IMG/VR virus record: IMGVR_UViG_3300000116_000024
Coordinates: 1-55,525 of that record
DNA length: 55,525 bases
Reading direction: 5' to 3' (one strand)
DNA from: a virus
Lineage: Duplodnaviria; Caudoviricetes
Position numbers and translations under genes: made by a program. Below, one piece after another: positions 1 to 13,000 of this stretch (position 1 is the stretch's first letter; the number at the start of each line of letters is the position of its first letter). The notes under the pieces were generated by a model. The model ran no database searches, was not told the origin of the DNA, and saw only the letters and a list, made by a program, of their open reading frames with translations.

Positions 1-1
1 A

Positions 2-1036
2 TAAATGATACTTTGTACCCAACACTCTCTTAACTTCATTATCTGCTTTTTCTGCTTCAGTAAATACTTTGGATCCAAACTTACCTCTATACCATTCTTT
101 AACTCTATCAGTTACCCTTTTATTAATTCTTTCATATTTACCATTAACTAGCATCTCATAATAACTAGTAGCTTTTTCTTCATCTAACAATAAAGGATCT
201 GCAACTTCATTAGTTTCTATCTTTCTAAGATTTGCTTTTGTTTCACCTAACTTATTTAGGAATTCTTTTTGTGCATCTGTAGTTTGATAATACACTTCTG
301 TATCACTTAATTCTAAAATGTTTCCTTCAAATTGACCTCCTATTACTCTTTCTGCAGTCTTAGAAAATATATCAATATTAGCTGTTTGATACTCTCCTCT
401 AAACCAGTCAAGTATAGCATTCCACATTCTTCTTACTAAAGATTGTTCCTCTTGTGTGTAAGCTTCTACATTACCTTCTGCAATAATTTCTGCAATAAGT
501 TTATCTACAGCCTCTTTCTTTATCTTACGAATATTTGGTTTACCATTAGGTAGTTGGTAGGCTTTTAAATCTCTATACTCAGCAAGTGTATCTTTATATA
601 TCTTAAACCTATCTATCTTAGATATAAGCTCTGTAATAAGTTTAGGATCTCTTTGTTCAATAATAGCTGTTGCAATATGCACCATCTCTTCTACAAGAGC
701 TACATCTTCTTTACCTTCAGCTATAGCAATTACTCCAGCAGATAAATCAGCAACAGCATTTACAGTGGAAGCATCTACATCAGTATTATCTTTAGCGTAG
801 TCAACAAGCTCTTGCATGTTTACGCCCATCTTCTCAATAACTTCCTTTGTCTTAGCTATAACTTCTGGAGATGCTGCAGTACCTTCTGTTCCAGCTACTT
901 GGTTCATTACATTGTACTCAGACTGAGGAACATTTCCATTATATTTATCCCATAAAAAATAAGCCATATCTTCTCCTCTAGAAGACGATAGTTCTTTCCA
1001 CTCTTTTAAATTTGTATTTGGACACGTTGTTGCCAT
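2..1036 (-). CDS. N-terminal part (truncated by window edge) of a large virion cargo protein; degenerate zincin-like domain and possible start of a PD-(D/E)XK-like domain
   Basis: Not in the ORF track because it has no stop in the window. ATG at 1036 overlaps the RNAP stop (TAATG). The frame is open to the edge: MATTCPNTNLKEWKEL...ALVEEMVHIATAIIE...KEAVDKLIAE...RMWNAILDWF...KRVTDRVKEWY...LGTKYH. Its position downstream of the vRNAP is typical of crAss-like phages. Confidence 0.85.
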   Translation of the reverse strand, partial: MATTCPNTNLKEWKELSSSRGEDMAYFLWDKYNGNVPQSEYNVMNQVAGTEGTAASPEVIAKTKEVIEKMGVNMQELVDYAKDNTDVDASTVNAVADLSAGVIAIAEGKEDVALVEEMVHIATAIIEQRDPKLITELISKIDRFKIYKDTLAEYRDLKAYQLPNGKPNIRKIKKEAVDKLIAEIIAEGNVEAYTQEEQSLVRRMWNAILDWFRGEYQTANIDIFSKTAERVIGGQFEGNILELSDTEVYYQTTDAQKEFLNKLGETKANLRKIETNEVADPLLLDEEKATSYYEMLVNGKYERINKRVTDRVKEWYRGKFGSKVFTEAEKADNEVKRVLGTKYHL

Positions 1037-4000
1037 TAGCCTTTACATATTAGTTTGATTAATCTTCCTGTTACATCTTCTGGGTAGCCCATTTCTAATA
1101 ACATTTCACTAGTAATTTCACTAGGTCTATACTTTGCATTATCTGCTAATAAAAAAGTACCATCGTTAAGCTTATTAAAGTATGTTTCTCCTGACTCTAG
1201 TACACTTGGAAATGCTTTACCAAGACTTCCATCCCATGCAGAACTAACTATAAGATCACTCTTTTCATTCGCTTTCATAAGACCATTGTCAATAACAGAC
1301 TTTCTAGCATTAGTATAAAACTCTTGAGCTCTATAAGAATCACCAAAAGCATTTATATGTTTGTATATATAATACTTATCTACAGTTCCCTTTTTCTTAT
1401 TTTCACTGTTGTGAACAATTGGTAACCCTTCAGGATCTCTTACTATTTTAAAAAGTCCCTTTTTTACATAGTCATAGTTACCTGCTTTTCTCATTGCAGC
1501 AACTTCTGTTCTACTATAGCTTAAATCAGTCCAAGAAAAAACCATTGTATCATCACCTGCTTTAAAATTAGAAACATTCTGAGTAACTGTAAGAGGTATG
1601 TTTCCATTTTGAAATGCAGTGTTTACACTATCTGGACGAGCCCAAGCTGCGATTGATGGAAAAGATGCAGACTTAACATTGTTAGTTGCTTTTGGTGTTA
1701 GCATAAATAAGCTATCTGCTCTTACAATGGTATCATCTTGCCAATTATTTCTTTGAAACATATTTAGATCTGCAAAGTCTTGTAAGTTAGGAAGATTTTC
1801 TAACAAAGGTAAGGTATATTTATATATCTTATCTACATCCTCTTGTGGTAAATATGAAGTAAATGATATTGGACTACTACTTAACCCTGACTGTAAAACT
1901 GAAAGTTTAACAATGCCATCATATAGTTCAGACTGACCCATCTCTTCTAAGAATGTTCTAAGTTCACGGAATGAATAAATAATAGAATTTACCTCATATG
2001 CTTGTGTACCAATCTTACCAAGTCTTAAGTTGTTAGGAACAGCACCTGCTTTTCTAGATGGTAAAACCTCTAGGTTACTTACAACTAAATTATTAATCAT
2101 TGAGAAGTAAGGACTTCCTTTCTTAGATGTTTTAATTTTATTAATTAACTCTCCTACTTGCGCAGCCACACCATCATCATTTAAAAGAATCTTTTCTATC
2201 TGAGTATTTAAACCTTTTGTTTGCATTGCCCAGTCAAATAAATTATTTACAGCTTTTCTAGCAATACGTACAAATTCTTTATCTGGTCTTTCAGTGTAAG
2301 GAAGAAGAACTGTCTCTAAAACTGTTCTTACATTACCCCTATCAGATAGTAAAAAGTTTGATAGTGCGTCTCTAGTGTTACCCTTCCCTTCGTCATTAGG
2401 TAATATTCCAAGTCTTTGACCTAGCTTTCTTACAAAACCACTAGCTAACTTAGATTCAGCACCTGCAATCACTGATGATTTTGCTTTACCATAAGCTACC
2501 TTTTTCTTAAATATTAAAAAAGGATCATTAAGCATTGCTGTGTCAAAGTTTGTACCAGCAGTAAACGTGTAATATTGACTAGACATTCTAGAATACTTTA
2601 GGAACTCCATCAAGTATGCACCTTGTTGATTTGCTTCCTTTTCTGAAAAGTTAGTCTTGCCTAAATTCTCTTCTAGTGTCACTGCATCTTCAATAACAAA
2701 ATCATTCTTGGTATTAGCGTTGAAGTCTGTTACATTATACTTACTAAGTAAATCCTCCATAATAGCATCATTGTATATCCACCTCTTACCTTTGTTCTCT
2801 AAAGTAAGTAAGTACTCTCTAATGATTGGTTGATTTATAAAAAAGATTATTTGATCTATAGGTACACCAATTGAATTTAAGAAAAGTATGGTAGGAGCAG
2901 CTTGTGGTGTAGCACCCATTTCCATAATCCACGGACCTTTAGATATATCTACATACCCATCCATAAGTTGACTATTAATATTAGATATTAATTGTCCATC
3001 AGCATTATATATTCCTGAAAGGGAAGCTTTACCATCTGACTTATTATAGTTCTCAAACTTAACTTGACCATCTCCTAACCAGTACTGGTCTTCTAGTGTC
3101 ATGTTTTCAATTTTATCTGTATCAACAGTTATAATAGTTTTCTGATTTTGAGAGTGTCCTGTTTGGGCAACAGCAGCAATACCAATTGCTCTTTTACCTG
3201 AAACAAATGCTTGTCTCAATCTAAGCATAAATCTATTGTTTAACAAGTTGTCTACCTTAGTATAATTAAATGGTTCACCAAAAAGCTTATTAACTACACG
3301 CTTAGATAGATCTTGCAGTTGCTTTGCTGAGTTAGGTCTAATTAGATTTTCAAAGTTCTGAGGGTGAGATACAATGTTTCTAGAAGAAGTTATGTATCCA
3401 TTTTCTAGAGACTGTTTGTACAATCTATTAATGATTGTGTCTCTTACACCTATTTCAGATAGTTCGTTTATGAATGTCTCTAAAGAATCTTCTTGTTCAA
3501 CAATACCTAACTGAGCTAACAAGTCTCCAAACCCTAGATCAGTTTCCTCATTGTTAATTAACCCCTGAACTTCCCAACTTTTTAATTGACCCAATGCATC
3601 TAATTGTTTTTTCTGTGAAGATGTGAGTAACTGACCACCATCAAACATTTTTGCAAATTCATTCTTAGCTTCAGAGCCTGTACCAAAGAAAGGAACTACT
3701 TCAAGTTTACCTTTTCTATAAAATACATTCTTTAAGTATATAGCAAGTTTATCAATATCAAAGTCACTCCCCACCTTCTCTACAATAGCAGATGGTACAA
3801 CTACGTTATCTCCAAACTCCCTTGGTAATAACCTAGCCACTCTAATTACATCAATTGAGTTTTGAGCCTGTGTTGGTGTACGGAAAGCTAATCCTTCTAG
3901 TATTCCTTGATTTTCTTCTTTATTTAAATATTCTAGTAAGTCTTTATCATTCATGTCACTCTTGAACCAGCGACCAACCATAATCTCCATAACTCTTTTA

Positions 4001-7000
4001 CCATCTTCATCTACATAAAAATCAAGAGTATCTGAAGTATATCCATTTAGTTTGTCATTATATTTAGTTTTAGTAGATTCAAAAAATGTAGAAGGTATCT
4101 GAGTTTTTAATCCTCCAGATATCTTAGGCTTAACTAACTCTTTATTTACAATAGAGTATAATATATTCCTAACTTGTTGATATACAGGAGTTGTTTCTAG
4201 TGTAGTACCTTTGTCTAAGAAGTTAGTTAAAGCATCTGAAATGTTATCATTAACCTCTCTTTTAAACAACTCACTACGAAGAGTTTTCGTAGCTTCTGAG
4301 AAGTCTTCAATAACAAATCTACCATCATCAGTTTCAACTATTCCCAAACGTCTAAGGACTCTTTCATATGAATCTTCTGTAAGAGCATCTAGTATCTCAG
4401 TATTATTTTCAGATTCTTTAAATATATCTGACTGTTCAAGTCTTTCTTCATCAGTAAGTAAAGCCCATTGCTCTTCTCTAGGAGCATCGTTCTTACCTGT
4501 AAAATGTTTAAAATCTATAGGTACACCATTATCAAACATATCTAATGTAATAAGCTTAGTTGGTTGAGAACCTCTTGTAACTAAATCCTTTTCCTTAGAT
4601 GGAACTTCTGATTGTATTCCCATTATAGAGAACGGTACCTTTATAGTTTCTTCATATGGTTCATTATTAAACTCACCTGTTTCTTTATTATATGTTTCGT
4701 GTGCTTTTTCTGGAGCTCCTACTTTTCTAGCAGATCTAAATATTATATAATCTACAGACTCTTTCTGCATTTTGTTATATAAATTAATTGCATTGTCAGC
4801 ATTCATCTCTTTCATCACTCTGTACGAAAGTGGATAAAGAGAATACTTATCAAGTACAATATTGTTAAAGCTTGACTTTCCTCCATCTTTAGCTAACCTA
4901 GATCCTGACACAATAGGTTTTTGATCAGGGTATGCAGACTTAACCATTTTAAATGTTTTGTCATTTAACAAAGCTTTCTCTTCTGGCGTAAGTTTTATAC
5001 TCTTATCTTTCTTTTCGTAAGCTATATCATATCTATATTGCTTTTCCTCAGCATCGTTCCAGTTATCAGCTTGTATTCTCATAGCTCTGTATGCTGGAAA
5101 AGATATAATACCTGCACCATCTGTTTCTTCGTAAGCTTCGTATCCAGGTAAATCAATTGCACCTATAACATCTTCATGAGTAGCTGTATTAAAATAATCT
5201 TTCATTAAATTATAATAACCTATATCACCTTTCTCATATCCTTCGTTCCAAACTATATTTTGTTGAGCTTGAAATAAAGGAGAATTGTTTACAAGAACCT
5301 GACTTGGAGACAAGAAACTCTTAGTACGCTTAAGTTCATCTTTATATTGGTATGGGTCTGAATAAAGAAGTTTGTGCATTTCAATATTAGCAACCATATA
5401 GTTTATACCCACTGCAGTTAATTCTCTAGTAAGCTTATCAGCACTCATGTTTTTAGGAAATGCTACATTCTCTATATTATAATTATTTACTATATCCCCT
5501 GATACATCAATCATTTCAAATTTATCTAAGTAAGAATAGTTTTTATTTACCCAACCTTTAATATACTTAGTAATAGATTCATCTATCTTGTTTTTATAAA
5601 GCTCATAAACTTCTTCAGGTGTACCTTCTTGAGAAACTACTTCATTATGTAAAGTTTCACCTAGTATACCCTTAAAAAATCTTAAGTCTGTATTCTTTCT
5701 TTTATCAAATTCTGGAGTACCTTCTTCATATTTTAGTTCTGGTATATAACGATCTGCTCTAGAAAGATTTATCTCAGAAAGTAAGTACGGTTTAAATATG
5801 TTAGATATTACCCTTGCAAGACCCACATCACTTAATTGAGAAGCTTTTACAGCCTTACCCATATTAACCATGTGTTCAAGAGATGCATCTCCTGGAACTA
5901 AGTTCATGAACCTACCATCTAAGTTAAGATTTAATTCCTGTATATACCTTTCCTTATCAGTAAGTCTTGTACTAGCACTGTTTTTCTTTTTCTCGTATAC
6001 AATACCACCAGCTATTCCTGGTTTTAATAACTCGTCTGTATTTGCTTTTTTACTTCCGTCACTAGCAAACATTCTAGACATTAAGTTAGAACCTTGTGAG
6101 AACTCATCAGTAAGTAAGTATTCAAACTGAGTACCAGCAAGTTCACTTTTATTTTTAACATTTTGTAATGCTACAAATAGTTTATCAATAGCATTAACTC
6201 CAAAGTAAGTTTGTACTTTTTCACCTGATACATTATTATATGTACTGTCAAAATCTGGATTAGTTGCAGTCACTTGTAGAAATGCAAGCTGTCTCAATCT
6301 TCCACTAATGTCTAATGATCCTTGTGAAAAGGTAGTAACTGATTGTATTGAAGATACACTATCCTTAATACTTTGAACTACTTTTTTCAGATCTTCTTGC
6401 TTTCCAATTCTGTAAAGCTTTCTCATGTCAGTATCAGAAAAAGCAATACCTAATCTTAAAAGAAAGTTAGACATTGCTGTAGGTGTATTTAAAGCTACAT
6501 TATTTAATTCTAATCTCTTAGGTGTGTATTTTCCATTAGCTGGATTATAATTAAAGAATCCATTATTAGACTTTGCTTGTGAAGAAATACCATTTAAGTA
6601 ATCTGCTTTTACTTGCTCTGATGCTGTAGAGTATGCTGCAGGTTGTACAGTAATACCATCTTCAAAAACATAAGTGTTTAATACTTCAGGAGCTTGTTTC
6701 TTTAAAGTTCTCCACATTGCAGTAATCATCCTAGACTTTTGTTTTGTAACATTATCAAAGGTAGGAGCTCCCTCATTAATTCCTTTACCCATTATACGAG
6801 CATACAAAGGAGCGTACGTTGCATTGTTTTTAGCTAACTCTTGCAACTTAACCATCATTTCATCTGGACTTTCAGAAGTATGCAAGTTTGCCATTAATGT
6901 TATAGCTGTTTTACTATACGGTTGTAAAACACTTCCATTAATACTACTTATTATTGGTTTTCCTGTTTCATTATTTCTTACCTGTAATGTAGATAATAAA

Positions 7001-10000
7001 AGTTTTAATGAAACAGAAGCAGCTTTAAGACTATCTATTTTAGATGCATCAAATTTATTACTTTCTCGTATTCTATCATTGTCCTCTAATTGATCTTGAG
7101 CACCTTGATCAAAAGAAATATTAAATGACTGAAGATATTGTTTATGTCTTTCTATTAATACTGGCCAAGACTGTAATATATTCTTTTCTAATTTTTTATT
7201 CTTAGCTATTAGTACATTAAGATTAGATCGATCTTTATCAGTTAACTTAGATTCATTTGCTATAATATATTTGTTTATAGCAACTTGTTTTTGTCGAGCT
7301 ATTTGTATAACTCTAGTCTGAAGTCTTTTATAAGTTTCAACCTCAGTACCTACTAGTGCATCTAGGTTAAATAAATTATCATCATCTTTTATCACCTCAG
7401 TTACAAGCTGATATGTCATCTCTTGTATAGTATCGTAAATCTCTTTATCGTTTAAAGGGATAACTCTAAACTCAGCATTTTCAGAATTAGGAGCGTATAA
7501 CATATCGTTTATGTTACCATCTCCTATTTTATAACCTTTTAGTTCTGAGAACTTTTTAACTTCTGGACTTGCATAAAATCCTGTATTAATTCTATCAAAC
7601 AACTCATTAGTATAAGTATCTGAGTTTGAGCTTGTAAACCATTTTTCAATAAGATCTTTTAACTGCTTAAATACTTTTGCAAAAAATCCTTTAGGTTGTT
7701 TATTATTTTTAACGTAATCTCTAAACTCCTCAGCTAAGTGCTCTTTCATTTGTTGACCTGTAGCTTCAGAAAACTTAATCTCTTGTCCTGTAGGTCTATC
7801 TACAAATGTACCTTTACGTTGTTTAAAATCAGTTCTTAATTTACTAACTTCTTCAGCACTTAGGAATTGATTAAATACAGCTTCAAATGCTTCATGATAA
7901 AGTGTACCAACTTCTGCATTTTCATATACATAAATAGCATTTGATTTAAACATACCCCAAGCAAGTCTACCTCCACCAGCTTGTATAATATTTTTAACTC
8001 TATTAAGTTGTACAGTTGGCAAGTTCTTCTTCATCCAAGAAGCAACTTCTTTCCAGTTCTCCTCTTCAAATAAAGACATTTCTGCTTCAATCACTTCACG
8101 AAAATGTTCATCATTCATGTCAGATAAAGCATCTTCAATACTATCACTAAAGTTTAAACCTCCCTGTGAAGGAGTGTCTTCAGTTGGGTCTAAAGATAAA
8201 GTTTGATTTTTGATTTCATTTAATATAGTTTCTCTAACACTCATACCTTGAGCAATTGTGTTAAATAAATCTGTACCTACTTGACCTGCGTTATCTTTTC
8301 TTTGACTAGGAGTTAGACTTTTGTTGTCTTCTATAATCTGAGCTACTGATCTATTGTCTTCGCCTGTTACAGGATTTTTTCTGTTATAGATTAAAGCAAA
8401 CTTAGATGCTGATTCTTCTGCAGTTTGGTTGTCTAAAGAACCTTCCTCTGTTTGTAACCATGAGGAAACTACACTACTCATAGATGATTCTTTATTTAAA
8501 GCAACCTCACTAGTTTGTAGTGGAGACTCTGATCCTTGTTGCATTGTTGCTAAATCCACAATAGTACTTCCTAAACTAGAAGTAGAATCTATAACTTTTC
8601 CTGTTTTTAAATTTGTTATTGTTCCACTGCCGATATTAAAATCAACTGAATATTTCGTACCATTGTAATTTACAGTTTCAACATTACTAGTTTGTTCTGC
8701 TGGTGCAGGTGTTACAGGTGCAATATCATCAAACAATCCTCTACCACCACCTTCAGCTTCTCCTTTTTCAACAGCTGCATCACTAATTTCAACAGAGAAA
8801 GCAAATTTTGCTTTTTCATATGCTAACTGTGCCTCAATTGCTGTAAAGATTAAACCCTTAAGGTAATCTGATTTTTTCTTTTTTATTTCTTCAGGAACAT
8901 TAGTGCTCTTAACTGGTATTGCATCAATTATTTCTTGAAAGTTATCTCCAGGTTGATTGTATATTACTATCTGTTCTTTTGCAGGTACAACTCCTTTTTG
9001 CTGTCTCCACTTAAAACTTAGTATCTGACCATCAGCAAACACATATTGGTTCATAGTTTCACCATCGAACGTATAGAATTTACTTCCTTTAGATTGTGTA
9101 GGCGTTGATGGGGTTGAAGGTGCTGAAGGTGTAACTACAGCCTTACCTTCTTTCGTTATAGGTAAATTTGTTGCTTGGTTAACCTTTTGTCTTTGTGCTG
9201 CAGGACTTGGTACAGTATAGTTTTCCTGACCTGTTTTGCTAAAAAAGTAAATGTTTTCTCTACTTACTTCTCCCTCTTCTTTAACTTTCAGATTAGTGTG
9301 TAGAGGTAGCTCATAACTCTCTCTAGCACTCCCATCAGGATTTGTATTAGATAATAGGTAAGTTTGATAGTTAGGCCAAATAACATCCTGTATCTCACCA
9401 TCTTCTACTCCAACTATTTGTTGAAACTCAGCATCAAGATCATTAAGTATTTGATCATAAGCATTAACGTTATTATATGTATTTTCAAGAACAGATATAA
9501 TCAAGTCTTTTTGCATCTCTAATTCAGATGGAGCAAAGTCAAATTTAGAGTCAGGACTTTTTCCTATTACTAACTGTAGTTTAGTAAACTTTAAGCCTCC
9601 ACCAGCATCAGGATCAGTTCTTTGAAAAAATACACTATTTCTACCTGGTTCTTTTCTTTCACCATTGCTATCTAATGGCATTCCCCAATATGTTACACGC
9701 TTTAGAAAGTTTAATAAATCAATAGATGAATCACTTTCTACTCCTTCCCCCTGAGTTATATTTTTAGACAATTGAAGAATAGTTTCAAATATAACTGTAG
9801 CTTCTTTTCTTGTGTGTTTTCTATTTCTAAGAGGTACATATGCATTAGGCATTCTTAAAAATACTCTACCTAGAGGTGAGTCATAAGATACAGTTCCCTC
9901 TGATACGGTTCCTTTAGACTTAGGAACAAATATTAATGGTTTTTTCTCTAATGACACTTCATCTATTAAACCTGCATCTTGTACAGATGTAACATCAGTA

Positions 10001-13000
10001 TATACATTATTACCATTGCTATCTATACTATATTTAGGAGATCCAAAAGATGCTTCAATAACTTGAGGTATACCCAATGCTGATTGACCTAATACAGCTT
10101 GTCTAAACTTAGCATATTGTTCTGTGACCGATGTCTTCACTGCTTCATCAGTACCCTCTCTAAACATGCTACCTTTAGTGTTGGTAAGACCTGCTTCAGG
10201 CATTGCTTGGTATATAGCATTGTCTAACGAAGATTCACCCTCTGGTATAGGTTGTCCGTCTTCTCCAACTAGCTCACCATTCTCATTAACCATCACCATG
10301 ATAATCATTGAGTCTTTAAATCTCTTAATTAGATCTGGATCACCATCTAGCATTCTTTCTACAACACCTGGTAATAACTGATCTTGGATAGCACTTGTTA
10401 AATAGATACCACGTATATCATCTCTATTCTCAAAAGAGTTTAGGTTTGCTCCAAACGTATTTGCTCTAGTCTGATGATCTTTACCTTCGTTTATAGGATT
10501 TGTTGCAACAGGAAGTATGTCTGTTGATTTTAACTTAATAGGATTATAAGGACCTTCATACTCTTTAAGAGGTACAGCTTTAATTCCTGTATCTAATATT
10601 TTGTCTAGAAGCTTTTGATCATTTATTATCTTTTGTTCTGCAGCTTTCTGAGCATTGTATTCATTCATGATAGATTGAAACCTATCTAGTATAATTTTTC
10701 TAGCTCTGTATTCATTTCTTAACTCAGTTATGTCTGACTCTAACTTTCTTACCTCAGATACAGTATTCTCAATATCTGCCTCATTAAGGTTTACATCTTT
10801 AGATATGTCATTGGTAAGTTGGAAATTAACTATTTCTTGTTTAAGTGCAGGCCAAGTTACATCTAAATCTCTACCAGCTGCTACATCACTTAATAAATCA
10901 TTTAAAGATTGTGCATAAGTATCATCTACTATGTACGTGCTCTTAATTGCTTTCTTAAATAAACTTGCTGCTTTTTTAGTAACCTGTCTTAAGGTGGTAC
11001 CCATTTTCTTAGCAGCCTTGATAATGTTAGCTAAGTTTTTACCATTGTCAGCTAGTATCTTTACTTGACTCTTAAGTTCTTTTAAAAACTCACCACTGTC
11101 TTCAGGAGCATCAGATATCTCATTAGCGTATTGTTCAAAGTAAGAAATGTCATTTAGCACTTCTTCTCTTTCAGCTTCAGCTAACTTTATAGTTTTATTC
11201 AGATCCTTTCGCATCTGAGTTAATTTATTAATAGATCTTGTAAATGACTTAGTTGCTTTAGAAAAAGTAAGTTTAATCTTAGGACCATCAGGACCAGCCT
11301 TCTTCATTTTTCTAATGTTTGCTAAGTCTTCTTTAACTTTGGCTAAATCTTCTGAAGCCTTAGTTATTGTTTTTTCTAGTTCAGCAATGTTTTGTTTACC
11401 TTCTTCACCTAGTTGCGTAAGTACTTCAAGTCTAGCCTCTCTATTTTTAGCAAGTGTTTTTTTATTCTTTGCAATCTCTTGAGGACTAGTAAATTGTTGT
11501 TCAGAAGCTTTTTGATCTTTACTTTGAACACTTCCAACTCTTGTAATCCTAGGAAGATCATAACCTTCTTGTGGAACAAAGAATGAGTTGTCTAGTTGTT
11601 TTCTTTTTATGTTACTATTTGAAACTTTAGTTTTAGCTTTAGGTGCAGCCTTTTTATATGTAGTTAATTCTTTTTTTAATTTAACTTCAGCACCAGGTTT
11701 TGTAAAGTTTGCATCATCATATTCTTTAAGAGCTTTTTTTGCTGCATCATATCTACCTCTAGTACCTTCTAAATCTTTTGGGTCCAGAGCATTTTCTGCA
11801 TCTTTAAACTCCTGTAATAGTATATCTCTTTCTTCTGTAGTTCCTGTACCTACTAGTACATCATATTTTGCGCTTTGTACTTGCTTACCATCTACTAATC
11901 TTCTAGGTCTGACAATTTTGTTTACAATTGTAGTTCCTTTTGGAACACTATCACTTTCCCTTTGTAATGCAAATTCTATAGTTTCATTGTCAAATATTTC
12001 TCTACCAATCTCATTATCAATAATGTATCCATCAGCCTCAACTTCTTTCTTTGCATTATTAAACCAAGCCATGTCCTCTTCATTGACTGATTCATCAGTA
12101 TGGTGAGCATTGTTTAGAAAGAATATTAGAGCTTCAGCTTTCTCAGCACCTGTTTTTGCATTAGCAAACATTGACTTAGCCCTGTTGATTCTTTTTTCTA
12201 ATTTTGAAACTTTTTGTTTAACATCAGCTTGTGTTGTTTCAACCTTAGTAGTTTTGTCAGATCCTTTAGTTTTATATACAAAGTAAAGCTTACCATTATC
12301 ATATTCAAGTCTACCTCTTACTCTTCCACCAAAGTTCTTACCACGGTTAAGTTCAAAGATTTCGTTTCTATGATTATAAAAGTAGTTAGCAGTTTTATTA
12401 TTTCTTGTAGTGCTAACTTTACCAAGTTTAAGTTTATTGAACGTTCCCCTAGTTAAATTTCTTTCTTCTCCTGTTTTAGTGTTTACTATTTTTAAAGTAC
12501 CATCTTCATTATATCCCTTAACTATAAGTGTACCTATCTTAAATATTTCATCTAAACCATCTTCATTATAGTCTACACTATTTCCAACAAAGTATTCTGT
12601 TTCTACCTCAACATCTACTACACCCTTTTCTGTTTGAACTTTAATAGTTTCTGGAGCAACATCAGGAGTATCTGTTTGTTCTTGTTTTATAGGTTCTGAA
12701 AGATATTTGCTAGGGTTCTCCTTAATATCTTCGTATGTTTTTATAAATGTTTGACGTTGAGCTGCAGCATCAGCTATATCATCTAAGTAAGAGCCAAGTG
12801 TATCTTTTTTCTCACCTAATATATCTAATGATTTAATTTGCTCAACAGCTTTGTTATATGCCTCAAAGTTTCCATCTACTACACTTTTAAGAACTTCTGA
12901 TGTATTTATACCTGCAGCAGTTAACTTTCCTTCTAAGGTTATTATCCTTTGATCAAAGTCTTCTGTTTTAAGAGCAGTATATAACATCTTGTTCATTACA

